Below, piece after piece: positions 37,374-47,332 of a stretch of 64,000 bases of DNA (positions are counted from its first letter, which is position 1; each line of letters opens with the position of its first letter). Both the position numbers and the translations under genes were made by a program. Origin of the DNA: an uncultured Candidatus Saccharibacteria bacterium (GTDB lineage Bacteria; Patescibacteriota; Doudnabacteria; UBA920); the NCBI GenBank assembly GCA_964600695.1, contig CAZRKK010000002.1:115900-179899 (forward strand), read 5' to 3'. Under the pieces are notes generated by a model. That model was not told the DNA's origin. It did no database searches and saw nothing but the letters and a program-made list of their open reading frames with translations.

Positions 37374-39143
37374 TTATTTCTTTGGTAAATCAATTTTGAT
37401 ATGAAGATCTTTGAGTTGCTTCTCATCAACACCACTAGGAGCGTTCATTAACAAATCGATAGCAGAACCATTCTTTGGGAAAGCCATCACTTCGCGAATA
37501 TTAGGTTCGTTTTCTAATATCATGAATAGGCGATCAAGACCAAAGGCACAGCCACCGTGAGGAGGAGCTCCAAACTTAAAGGCATTGATCATAGCGCCAA
37601 ATTTACTGTTTACATCTTCTTGGCCAATACCAACAATACCAAACGCTTTGTACATCACTTCTGGGTTGAAGTTACGAATCGCACCACTACAAATTTCGTA
37701 GCCATTGGCGACCATGTCGTATTGATCGGCTTTAATATCTAATGGGTCGGTATTATCAAACGCAGTTAAGCCGCCCACAGGCATCGAAAAAGGGTTGTGG
37801 GAAAAATCAACTTTCTTTTCCTTGTCATCATATTCATACAACGGAAAATCAATGATCCAGACCAAAGCAACTTTATTCGGATCTTTAAGATTAAACCAAT
37901 CACCAAGAGTTGAACGAAGGTTACCGAGAACTTTATTTACTATTGCGCGGTCGTCTGCACCAAAGAAAATAATATCACCAGTTTTAGCACCGGTTTTTGC
38001 AATGATTTGAGTTTGTTCCTCGGAAGACAGGAATTTTAGAATAGGGGATTTTGGACCGTCTTCTGCCATCTGAATATAGGCTAAACCACCAGCACCATCG
38101 CGCTTGGCTTGCTCGGTAAGTTCATCGATCTGGCTACGGCTAATAGTTGCACCACCAGTGCCAACCAAAGCTTTAACAGCCCCTTTGTTCTTAATTGCAT
38201 TAGCAAAGACTGTGAATTCTGTGTTAGTTAATTCTAGAGTGAGGTCAGTCATTTCCATTCCAAAACGTAAGTCTGGTTTGTCGCTGCCATATTTTTCCAT
38301 AGCATCGGCATAACTTAAACGAGGAACTTCTGTGGTGACTAATTCTTTACCAGCAAAGTCGGCAATTAAAGATTTAATTAAAGGTTCTATTGTAGTACGT
38401 ACTTCCTCACCATTTTCTACAAATGACATTTCGACATCTAATTGATAGAACTCTCCAGGGTGACGATCTGCGCGTGGATCTTCATCTCTAAAACAAGGAG
38501 CGATTTGGAAGTAGCGGGAAAGACCACCAACCATCAACAACTGTTTAAATTGTTGAGGGGCTTGTGGTAACGCGTAAAATTGCCCTGGATGTAATCTAGA
38601 TGGCACTAAATAATCGCGCGCACCTTCTGGACTAGAAGAAGTTAAAATAGGTGTAGTAACTTCGGTGAATTCCTGATCGTGCATGAATTCACGAATTTTT
38701 ACATTGAATTGGTCGCGACGCTTAAGACGATCTTGCATCTTCGGTCGGCGTAAATCTAAAAAGCGATATTTTAAACGTAACTCTTCGTTAACTTCTTCGG
38801 TTCCGTGAGAGACAGGAAAAGGTAGAGCTTCTGACTTATTCAAAATTTCTAAGTTGGTAACTAAGATTTCGATAGTTCCAGTAGGAATATTTTTGTTGGC
38901 TAGTTCGGCAGAGCGTTCTAAAACTTTACCAGTCGCTCTAATTACAAATTCATCGCGGATAGATTGAGCCAGTTTAAAAGTTTGCTCTTGGTCTGGATGA
39001 ATTGTTAATTGAACGAGACCAGTGTGGTCGCGGAGGTCTATAAAAATAAGACCGCCATGATCGCGGCTGTTATTGACCCATCCAGCTAAGGTGATTTCTT
39101 GACCGATATTGTTGAGTGCTTCGAGAGCTAAAGTTCTTTGCAT
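37374..39143 (-). CDS. aspS: aspartyl-tRNA synthetase
   Basis: OB anticodon-binding N-terminus (GWV..RDHGGLIFIDLRD) and class II motifs. Promoter TTGGTA-17-TATAAT lies just upstream, probably leaderless. Confidence 0.95.
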   Translation of the reverse strand: MQRTLALEALNNIGQEITLAGWVNNSRDHGGLIFIDLRDHTGLVQLTIHPDQEQTFKLAQSIRDEFVIRATGKVLERSAELANKNIPTGTIEILVTNLEILNKSEALPFPVSHGTEEVNEELRLKYRFLDLRRPKMQDRLKRRDQFNVKIREFMHDQEFTEVTTPILTSSSPEGARDYLVPSRLHPGQFYALPQAPQQFKQLLMVGGLSRYFQIAPCFRDEDPRADRHPGEFYQLDVEMSFVENGEEVRTTIEPLIKSLIADFAGKELVTTEVPRLSYADAMEKYGSDKPDLRFGMEMTDLTLELTNTEFTVFANAIKNKGAVKALVGTGGATISRSQIDELTEQAKRDGAGGLAYIQMAEDGPKSPILKFLSSEEQTQIIAKTGAKTGDIIFFGADDRAIVNKVLGNLRSTLGDWFNLKDPNKVALVWIIDFPLYEYDDKEKKVDFSHNPFSMPVGGLTAFDNTDPLDIKADQYDMVANGYEICSGAIRNFNPEVMYKAFGIVGIGQEDVNSKFGAMINAFKFGAPPHGGCAFGLDRLFMILENEPNIREVMAFPKNGSAIDLLMNAPSGVDEKQLKDLHIKIDLPKK

Positions 39144-39221
39144 ATGGCTTAATTATAGCTAAAATTTGGGAATTTACCAACTAAAATTCATACCGCTATG
39201 TTTGTAGTAAATTAGGTGTTT

Positions 39222-39259
39222 AGGCAAAAGAAAAGAGCCCGTAACAATGTTACGAGCTC
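39222..39259 (-). terminator. strong rho-independent terminator (minus strand) just upstream of the aspS promoter
   Basis: Minus strand gagcucguaac-auu-guuacgggcuc (11 bp, one G-U) is followed by UUUUCUUUUG. Confidence 0.65.
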
Positions 39260-39339
39260 AGTATAATTTTGGGCCGAGGCGAAGTTTGCCGCCGCGAGGC
39301 CTTTGTCTGACTTTTCACTTTTTTAAATAATCTATGCCG

Positions 39340-39880
39340 GTCCGCTAGTTGGCTCTTGAGAGCCGAGTAGATCGCGGAATTGCTTATGGAGCCCGGTGCC
39401 CCGATTGTTATTGTCCCCAAGGGGACTACAGAAAGGGTTGGCTGTTAAGCCAGGCAGTGTTGGTCATTAGATGTTTTTCCTCCTGGGAAAATAAAGAAAG
39501 GTGGGAAGGGGTTTTCCAGCCGCTGCTGGTAGACCCCTTCCCGTTAACCGTCGTGGTTAGCATTTGGCTAAAAAAAGACCACGGCGGTTTATTCGAGCCC
39601 GATTTATGATCGGCGCCGGCTTGAAGCGGGCGAGCGGGCTCTGGTCAGGCTACATTCGCGACTAGACGTTGGATTCCGCGTAAAGAAGGACTGAAATCGC
39701 GGTATTCCTAATGTCGCGTAGCCATTGGTGGCCGGCATTCCGGTGCGGCCGCATTTCGCGCCGGCCTTCTATGCAACCCTCAATCCTCGATGTTCGAGCG
39801 ATCCGATGTAGGCAACCGATTCCGAACGAAAGAACGGAAAATCGTGATGCCGACTGGAAAATGAGGGTGCCGGACATTCC
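39340..39880 (+). ncRNA. GC-rich structured RNA, possibly RNase P RNA-like (P1-P2-P3-P4 pseudoknot arrangement)
   Basis: P3-like hairpin GUCCCCAAGGGGAC (39411-39424) is followed directly by CUACAGAAAGGGUUGGCUG (compare AGGAAAGUCCGGGCU). AGGGUUG can pair with CAACCCU at 39775-39781 (P4-like, ~340 nt apart). P2-like GAUUG (39402-39406) pairs CAAUC (39782-39786). The interior holds long GC hairpins (39505-39545, 39548-39589, 39594-39640). Putative promoter TTGTCT-17-AATAAT at 39303-39331. Confidence 0.3.
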
Positions 39881-40079
39881 TTGAGAAGCACTTGCCAATC
39901 TCTTAGCGAAGTGATTTTTATAAACTCCCTTTAGCTTTTTAAGCTTTAGAGAACTTCCTTTGGAATTCAAGCTTCGATATAATAACATATTAATCTAAAA
40001 AGGTCAAGAGGTAAGACTTAAAATAGGGTAAATCTCGCTTAAATAAGGGAAATAAAATCTGAAAATTATTCCAAAAATA

Positions 40080-40660
40080 TTCAAAAATTTTGAAATAAGG
40101 CAAAGAAAAAAGCCTCATCCGAAAGAATGAGACTTTTATATTGCGGTCGTGAGACCCTTTTGTCACCGAGGTGACTGATGATGTTGCCGAAGCAACTCCT
40201 CCTGATAGAATCAGGTTTGCGACCGGATTGGGGGTGTGTCTCTGACATGAGAGAATGTATCTTTCGATAAACTATCTTATGTCCGGAGGACACGACCACC
40301 CTCACGGTTCGCTGGTTGATCTAGTTTTGATCGCTCCCTGACCGAAGTCAGATCTATGCTTTCAGCTATTATCAACCGAATGCAGGTTGCCTGTGATGTC
40401 TCGATAAATCGAGTCAACTTTCGCAACGTGCGATTCAATGTTTTCTCTGGTTAGAGTTTTGGCCAAGTAAACTTGGTTATTGTCTCATATTAGATAAGAT
40501 GGTTCTTTTGCTACTTTCGCAGCTGCCATCGCATTGAATGGTCCAAGGTCTTGGGACAACTTTTGAAGGTTGTTGGAACTGAATTTCGCACTGACTTTCG
40601 TCTGGCGATTACATGTTTCCATCCAGAGACTTTTTGGAGGTAAGATTAGTCTACATTATC
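40080..40660 (-). pseudogene. frameshifted remnant of a protein-coding gene (transposase/recombinase-like?)
   Basis: Minus-strand translations jump between frames with stops (...AMAAAKVAKEPSYLI* / DNNQVYLAKTLTRENIESHVAKVDSIYRDITGNLHSVDNS* / ...REGGRVLRT* / MRVVVSSGHKIVYRK...). There is no SD. Confidence 0.3.
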
Positions 40661-40815
40661 GAAAAAGGTATGTCAAGTAAAAATTGTGGATAAGTGGAGT
40701 AAATATATTTTACCTTTTATTTAAGGGAAAAAATATTTTAGACTAAAAAGTTTGGTATAATTGATATATCAAAAAATTATCAAAATACAATCAAAAATTA
40801 ACCGAGATATTATAA

Positions 40816-41394
40816 ATGTTGAAAAAAATTGTCCTAGATTTAGAAACTCAAAAGTCCTTTGATGATGTTGGAGGCCGTGGCAAGAATCATTTGTTAAAGA
40901 TTTCCGTCTGTGGGATTTACGACTATGTTTCTGATCAGTACTTAATTTTTGAAGAACACGAATTACCGCGTATGGCTCCAATGCTTCAGGCTGCTGATCA
41001 GATCATTGGTTATAACATCAAGCAATTCGATTTTGAAGTTCTACAGCCATATTTAAATTTCAATATCTTCGAAATCCCTTACTATGATATTTTAGAAGAG
41101 ATCGACAAAGTCTTAGGTCATAAGATTAAATTGGACGCAGTGGCTCAAGCTACAATCGGAAGTGGAAAATCTGGGAATGGTTTAGAAGCGTTGCTCTATT
41201 ATAAGAACGGTAAAATGGATTTACTCAAGAAGTATTGCTTAGATGATGTGCGAGTCACAAAAGAAGTTTATGAACATGCTTTGAATAATCAAAAGCTATT
41301 ATATAGAGATTACTTTGCTATCAAAGAAATTCCTATTACTTGTTTGGAGCCTAAGAGTCGAGTTGGAGTTACTCGCCAAGAAGTCCTGTTTTAA
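40816..41394 (+). CDS. DEDDy-type 3'-5' exonuclease (RNase D/T-like) domain protein
   Basis: Exo I (IVLDLETQ), Exo II (GYNIKQFDFEVL) and Exo III (YCLDDVRVTKEVY) motifs. Confidence 0.6.
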   Translation: MLKKIVLDLETQKSFDDVGGRGKNHLLKISVCGIYDYVSDQYLIFEEHELPRMAPMLQAADQIIGYNIKQFDFEVLQPYLNFNIFEIPYYDILEEIDKVLGHKIKLDAVAQATIGSGKSGNGLEALLYYKNGKMDLLKKYCLDDVRVTKEVYEHALNNQKLLYRDYFAIKEIPITCLEPKSRVGVTRQEVLF

Positions 41395-41410
41395 TTACTA
41401 GCTCAAAACT

Positions 41411-42295
41411 ATGAAAACTATATTAACCAGAAAAACTATTCTTATTGGCTCGATAGTTTTAGTTATTTTACTTGGCTTGTTAAGAGTTTATATTTTTTCT
41501 GGTGATGTGATTCTACCTCAATTCTTTTCTATATTTGGATTGAAAATTTATTACTACGGGTTGTGCATGGCTTTGGGGGTTTTAGTTGCATACTATTTTG
41601 CTAAAAGTAGACTAGAGAGCTATGGAATAAAACAGTCTGACCTTGATAATATAGTTTTAATTCTGATCATCAACGGGTTTATCGGCGCTAGGCTATACCA
41701 TGTATTTAGTAGCTTTGGTTATTATCAGAATAACTGGACCGAAGTTTTCTCGGTTTGGAATGGGGGACTAAGTATTTTTGGAGCAATTATTGGAGGACTG
41801 CTCGGAGTTTACGCATATCAACGTTTTTACATGTCCGAGACTCGGGTGTCGTTGTTAAAGTTGTTAGACTTTTTAGCACCAAGTGTAATCATTGGTCAGA
41901 TCATTGGAAGATTTGGCAACTTGTTTAATTATGAAGCCTACGGCACGCCAACTAACTTAGTATGGAAGATGTTTGTGCCTCAAATTTTCCGAACCCCTCC
42001 GTACGAAGTGTTTGAATATTTTCATCCGCTGTTTTTATATGAAGCTTTAGCTGGTTTACTGATCCTCATTTTACTGATAAAATTGGTTGATATTGTTCGA
42101 ACAGGGCAAATTTTCTTTATTTGGTTAGGCTTATATAGTGTAGTTAGATTCGGCACCGAACTCTTACGCCTTGATAGTCCTTATCTATTTGGAGTAAAGC
42201 AAAATTTAATTAGTTCGGGGTTATTAATAGTAGTGAGTGTAGTGGTAATAATTTATTTATCTAAAAAATCAGTTAATGAATCCAACCAAACATAA
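41411..42295 (+). CDS. lgt: prolipoprotein diacylglyceryl transferase
   Basis: Lgt signature GARLYHV...GGLSIFGAIIGG. Confidence 0.85.
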   Translation: MKTILTRKTILIGSIVLVILLGLLRVYIFSGDVILPQFFSIFGLKIYYYGLCMALGVLVAYYFAKSRLESYGIKQSDLDNIVLILIINGFIGARLYHVFSSFGYYQNNWTEVFSVWNGGLSIFGAIIGGLLGVYAYQRFYMSETRVSLLKLLDFLAPSVIIGQIIGRFGNLFNYEAYGTPTNLVWKMFVPQIFRTPPYEVFEYFHPLFLYEALAGLLILILLIKLVDIVRTGQIFFIWLGLYSVVRFGTELLRLDSPYLFGVKQNLISSGLLIVVSVVVIIYLSKKSVNESNQT

Positions 42296-43022
42296 AATCA
42301 TTAGTGCAATCTTTGCGATTGCTTTTGTAGTCATCATCCAATGGTTTGCTAGTCCATTGCCGATTTTCCGATTCTTAGTTCCAGCTTTCCTGTTGTTTGT
42401 AATTGCTTTGATGATATATAACTGGCGATATTTGGTTCGCAAAAACGCTTTTACTTGGTGGCTGTTTATTAGACTGCCTTTATTCATTATCTTTTGGTTC
42501 AGTCTATTTTTTATAATTCCGCTGGGTATTGGACGAGCTGTATTTTTGTTAGTAAGCATGCCAATATTATTCTTCTTTGAAACCCTAGTAGAAAATACCG
42601 GCCAGCAGTTTGCTTGGAATATCTTTTTATTATCCTTAGCAAGCTTTTTAATTGGTTTGTTTGGATTTAACTTTTACTTCCCGCTATCCGGTTTAATCTA
42701 CTTGTTAATACTATTTGTAGGTACATTACTTTTGGTTCGGGTCTCGGTGGATTCTGTACCTCATCCGGCTAATGTAAAATGGTTAGCAGCTTTGGTGTTG
42801 GCTCTATTTTCTGCTCAACTGTTTTGGGTATTACAATTTTTACCTCTTCATTTTTCTGTTTTAGCAATTATCAACTTTAATATCCTGTACCTTTTGTGGG
42901 CAATATATTATCATTACTTATATCAGACACTAACTGCTAAGCAAATTCAATTTAGTATTTTACTTGCGTTGGCTTTAAGTATTGTTGTGTTAGTGTCATC
43001 CCCTTGGTCAATTCTAAATTAA
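42276..43022 (+). CDS. polytopic membrane protein (hypothetical)
   Basis: About 8 hydrophobic helices. Overlaps the lgt stop. Confidence 0.5.
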   Translation: MNPTKHKIISAIFAIAFVVIIQWFASPLPIFRFLVPAFLLFVIALMIYNWRYLVRKNAFTWWLFIRLPLFIIFWFSLFFIIPLGIGRAVFLLVSMPILFFFETLVENTGQQFAWNIFLLSLASFLIGLFGFNFYFPLSGLIYLLILFVGTLLLVRVSVDSVPHPANVKWLAALVLALFSAQLFWVLQFLPLHFSVLAIINFNILYLLWAIYYHYLYQTLTAKQIQFSILLALALSIVVLVSSPWSILN

Positions 43023-43029
43023 AATATTT

Positions 43030-44088
43030 ATGAACAAAAAACAACTCGTCTTAACTATTCTTGTCACTGCAGTAATTGTATGGACCGCTGATCTGTTAGC
43101 TGGTAATTATTTATCTGCTCGATTAGCGACTTCTTCTTTGGCTCAAAAATATAATTTGTTTAATCCTCAAGCTCCTATTGTTGTTACTAATAGAGAAACT
43201 GTTCGAGTGAATAATTCCAATGATGCAGTACAGACAGCAGAAAATTCTAAATCTAAAGTTTCTAGTTTAGTTTATTACGACAACAATAAATTGGTTAGTA
43301 CAGGCTCGGTGGTTAACTGGACTTCCGATGGATACTTTGTGACAACAAAGTCGGCACTAGCTCCGGCAGGAAAAGTTTTTGCGGTTGTTACTTTATCTGG
43401 TGATGTCTTTCCAGTAGAAGCTAGCTATGCAGACACAGCTTCTAATTTAGTTATACTAAAAACTTCTGCTCAAGGCATGGCAGTATTAGACCCAGCAGAT
43501 ACGGGTGATTTACGTGTGGGCCAGCAAGTAGTGAGTATTGTTAATTCGGTGGGTAATAAGCAAACACGGTTTATGACTGGTTTTGTGCAAAGAGTACCAG
43601 AAGATAATTTTGGGACAGTTTCGGAAAGTGATCTAGTCTCTAAGACTATTGGTGTTCAAAGTACTGGTAGTTTTAGTGCAGGTGCTGTGATGTTGAATCT
43701 GTCTGGGCGAATGCTTGGAATTTGGGACGGACAAACCGTTGTGCCTGTGAGTAGTATTCAACTGTTTGTTAATAATTTCTTAGCAGACCAAATGCAGATC
43801 ACTCGTCCAAGTTTTGGTTTCTCGTACCAAATGTTAACAGAGAGTGAAAGTAAGATTCTGCAAACCGCAACAGGGGCAAAGGTTATGGGTATTGCAAATA
43901 ATAAACCTGCAGCTACTGCAGGATTAAAAGTTGGTGACGTAATTATTGATTGGGATAGTAAAAATATTGTGGCTGATACTGATTTTGATTCATTGCTTCG
44001 TTCGGTTAAGCCTGGCCAGTCAATCCGCTTTACTGTAAATCGGGCCGGTGCAACTGTGCAATTAATATTAGTTGCCGGAAAACTTTAA
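43030..44088 (+). CDS. HtrA/DegP-like periplasmic serine protease with a PDZ domain
   Basis: A TM anchor, a trypsin-like domain and a C-terminal PDZ (GLKVGDVIIDWD). Confidence 0.65.
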   Translation: MNKKQLVLTILVTAVIVWTADLLAGNYLSARLATSSLAQKYNLFNPQAPIVVTNRETVRVNNSNDAVQTAENSKSKVSSLVYYDNNKLVSTGSVVNWTSDGYFVTTKSALAPAGKVFAVVTLSGDVFPVEASYADTASNLVILKTSAQGMAVLDPADTGDLRVGQQVVSIVNSVGNKQTRFMTGFVQRVPEDNFGTVSESDLVSKTIGVQSTGSFSAGAVMLNLSGRMLGIWDGQTVVPVSSIQLFVNNFLADQMQITRPSFGFSYQMLTESESKILQTATGAKVMGIANNKPAATAGLKVGDVIIDWDSKNIVADTDFDSLLRSVKPGQSIRFTVNRAGATVQLILVAGKL

Positions 44089-44098
44089 ATTTAAAATT

Positions 44099-44125
44099 AA
44101 AAAAAGCCCAGTTGGGCTTTTTAAA
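44099..44125. terminator. bidirectional terminator
   Basis: aaaaaaagcccagttgggcttttt. Confidence 0.65.
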
Positions 44126-44720
44126 ATTCTCGACGTCCTTCTAAAGCGCGGGAGAGTGTAACTTCGTCGGCATATTCGAGGTCTCCACCCATTGGTAGTC
44201 CGCGGGCTATGCGAGTAATTTTAACAGGGGAGTCTTTGAGGAGTTTAGCGATATGCATGGCGGTAGTTTCACCTTCTAGTGTTGGGTTGGTAGCGACAAT
44301 AATTTCTTGAACATTAAGTTTGGCTACACGGTCAATTAACGATGCGATTTGGAGCTGTTCTGCTCCGACTCCATCAATTGGGCTTAATACTCCGCCTAAC
44401 ACGTGGAAGACGCCCTTAAAAGAGCCCGTACGGTCTAGGGCGAGGGCATCTAGAGGTTCTTCGACTACGCAAATAAGCTGGTGGTTGCGAGTACTGTCGG
44501 CACAAACACTACAAGGGTTCTGTTCGGCCATGTTGTGGCATTCATCGCAAAAATTAATATCCTTACGAATATCTTTAACACTTTCGGATAATGTCATAAT
44601 CTCGACATTATCTTTTTTTAACAAATAAAAAGCTAGGCGTTGGGCGCTTTTGGGCCCAATGCCTGGCAGTTTAGACAGTTCATTTATAAGTCTACTAAGA
44701 GACGGCGGGAGTTTTAACAT
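44121..44720 (-). CDS. recR: recombination protein RecR
   Basis: HhH (LPGIGPKSAQR), a C4 zinc finger and a Toprim domain. Confidence 0.9.
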   Translation of the reverse strand: MLKLPPSLSRLINELSKLPGIGPKSAQRLAFYLLKKDNVEIMTLSESVKDIRKDINFCDECHNMAEQNPCSVCADSTRNHQLICVVEEPLDALALDRTGSFKGVFHVLGGVLSPIDGVGAEQLQIASLIDRVAKLNVQEIIVATNPTLEGETTAMHIAKLLKDSPVKITRIARGLPMGGDLEYADEVTLSRALEGRREF

Positions 44721-44722
44721 AT

Positions 44723-46126
44723 TTATACTTCTTCACCTAATCCACTCAGGGTTTGCATAACTGTCTCTGGGCTGGTGTCGAAACTCTTATCAAGGTTACG
44801 GAAAGATGCTCGTTCTGCATCGAAGAATAAGTCGACTTGTCCAGTTGGACCGTTACGATGTTTTTTAATATGAATTTCGGCAATGTTAGGGCGACCAGAA
44901 TCTTTACCTTTATACATATCTTCACGGTAAATAAACATAACTACGTCGGCATCTTGCTCAATAGATCCTGATTCACGAAGATCGGACAACTGCGGAACTT
45001 TATCTGGACGGTTTTCTAAACCACGAGATAACTGAGACAAAGCTAACACAGGAACATTTAGCTCGCGAGCTAGAATTTTTAACGAACGGGAAATTTCGGA
45101 AACTTCTTGAACACGGTTTTCGGTACTGCGACCAGCCATCAGCTGTAAGTAGTCAATAACAATAAGTCCAAGTTTGTGTTCGCTTTGTAGACGACGAGCT
45201 TTGGTACGGATTTCCATGATGTTTCCACCTGCAGCATCATCAATAAAAATTGGAGCTTCGCTAAGAGCTCCCATAGCATCACCAAGAGCTTCGAAGTCTG
45301 CTTCACCTAATTGTCCGGTACGGATTTTCCAAAGATCCACATTACTTTGCGATGAAAGCAAGCGGTCTACTAATTGATCTTTACTCATTTCCAGCGAGAA
45401 AACTCCCACAGGAGTTTTAGTGTGAATACCTACGTAGCGTAAAATATCTAAAGCCATAGAAGTTTTACCCATGGAAGGACGAGCCGCTAGGATGATAAGG
45501 TCAGACTTTTGCAGACCACTAAGTTTTTTGTCGAGTTCGATGAATCCAGTTGGTAGACCTCGAAGCTTACCACTCGAACGATGTAGTTCGTCGATGCGTT
45601 CAAAAGTTTCGTGAAGTACTGAGCTAATTGGTACAAAGTTTTGTTTTAAATTGCTTTGCGAAATATTAAAAAGTTTTTGTTCGGCAACATCTAAGATGTC
45701 TTCGATTTCACCTTCTTCGGTGAAAGCCATGCTGGTAATTTCTGCAGCAGAATTAATTAGCCTACGAAGGGTACCCTTCTTTTTTACGATGCTAGCGTAA
45801 TAGGCAGCATGAGCAGAAGACGGCACGGAATTTACCAAGGTCGCTAAGTAACTTGAACCACCAACGCGATCCATTTCGTTGCGTTCTTCAATTAAATTGG
45901 CAACAGTCAGTACGTCGATAGAAGTGCTTTTTTCGAACAAGGTTAAGACAGCTTCGTAGATTAAACGATGGCGAAGATCGTAAAAATCGTCACTAATTAT
46001 GCTATCAGCAACATTGATAATGGCATCTTTGTCTAGCATTAAACAACCCAAAAGGGCAGTTTCTGCTTCTAAGTTTTGCGGCGGAAGCCGATTGATATCT
46101 GTAGCCATAAGCGTTTGTCTTTCCAT
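44723..46126 (-). CDS. dnaB: replicative DNA helicase DnaB
   Basis: Walker A (ARPSMGKTSMAL), the DnaB N-domain and the RecA-like core. Confidence 0.9.
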   Translation of the reverse strand: MERQTLMATDINRLPPQNLEAETALLGCLMLDKDAIINVADSIISDDFYDLRHRLIYEAVLTLFEKSTSIDVLTVANLIEERNEMDRVGGSSYLATLVNSVPSSAHAAYYASIVKKKGTLRRLINSAAEITSMAFTEEGEIEDILDVAEQKLFNISQSNLKQNFVPISSVLHETFERIDELHRSSGKLRGLPTGFIELDKKLSGLQKSDLIILAARPSMGKTSMALDILRYVGIHTKTPVGVFSLEMSKDQLVDRLLSSQSNVDLWKIRTGQLGEADFEALGDAMGALSEAPIFIDDAAGGNIMEIRTKARRLQSEHKLGLIVIDYLQLMAGRSTENRVQEVSEISRSLKILARELNVPVLALSQLSRGLENRPDKVPQLSDLRESGSIEQDADVVMFIYREDMYKGKDSGRPNIAEIHIKKHRNGPTGQVDLFFDAERASFRNLDKSFDTSPETVMQTLSGLGEEV

Positions 46127-46238
46127 TGTAGCAGATTATTTTGAGTTATGTCTGGTGGATTAAAGGTTGAAAACTGGTTGACAATAGCTAATAATTATGG
46201 CATACTTTATCTTCAGAAAAACAACAAGGAGATACATA

Positions 46239-47230
46239 TGAAGAAATACGGTTGGTACATAGCTGGGGTTTTTGTCTTGGCCATGATAGTTTTGGGGATG
46301 TTTGTCGGTGATGGAAAGACATCAAAAGCTCCACTGCCTAAAAGCAATAACGCAAATACTGCCAAGACTCAGGCAAATCCACTTTCTGAGAAGTTTAATC
46401 AGACAATGATTGAATTTTTCAGCAATAAACCTGAGCAACAGTGGCTATTTTCGGGTAGTCAAATGGAAGCAACAGATCTTGCCAAGTTTACTAGTGTTTC
46501 TAAGTCGACCATTCAGAAAGCGGAGAATTCATTCAAAACATATTCGAATCTTCCAGAGGTAAAGCAATTCGCTGATCAATATTCTGGAAAGCTTTACGTG
46601 AGTTTGTTCTCTAGCGCTACAAATGCGCCAATGATGATGGGCCGAAGCACGGATGCTTTTAAGGGTTTTAATGATCCGAGTTATTTGGAAATTTGCTTGT
46701 TCGATTCTAAGGCCCGCGAAAATCCAAGAAATCAATTTACGCTACTCTCGTTTAATCCTAGATTTAACGCCATGATGCTTGCCTCAATTGATTTTAAGGA
46801 GCCTTGGTTCTCGGCTTTCTTTTTGCATGAGATGTATCATGTCAAAAAATTCCGAGAAGGGGCGCAGTCTTCCAAAAAGGATCAGTACGGAACTGATTTA
46901 TGGATTTCGGAAGAAGTAGAAGCTCATGAATTAGAAGCTAAGGTTTTGGATTCGGCTACAAAGGGTAAGTTTCTTGGCGCGGTCAATGCAATCGTCGAGA
47001 AGCGGAAGGATTACACTGATGTGAATCTGGTTCCATCGAGCTTAACCTTAGAGGAGCTTAATGGTTTGGATGGGTTGTTTCCACCTTGTAGTAAAGATGA
47101 GATATCTTTTCGTGTGTCGCAGTATATCTTCACCGTAGGATTCAGTTGGTTGGAAAAAAGATTTTCTGGCGCTGAGCTCCAAAAAAAGAAGACCGATTAC
47201 TATCGATTCATCACCAGCCAATTTGGTTAG
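46239..47230 (+). CDS. membrane-anchored protein with an HExxH (HEMYH) metallopeptidase-like motif
   Basis: SD AAGGAGA precedes the ATG at 46239. TM, then FLHEMYHV. Confidence 0.45.
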
Positions 47231-47332
47231 GTTGATCGAAACGTTGTTGATCGATGTATTGTTAACAGAGATGTGTTTTTCAAACACATCTCTTTTTGTA
47301 TACCTATTCAGTTTTATCTATTTATTTTGGAT

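Noticed and set aside
39383-39400. Minus-strand match to the RNase P P4 motif (CCGGGCUCCAUA)
   Set aside because: Only ~170 nt remain before the minus-strand terminator and the aspS start, too little for an RNase P RNA. Likely coincidental. The plus-strand arrangement is more coherent.
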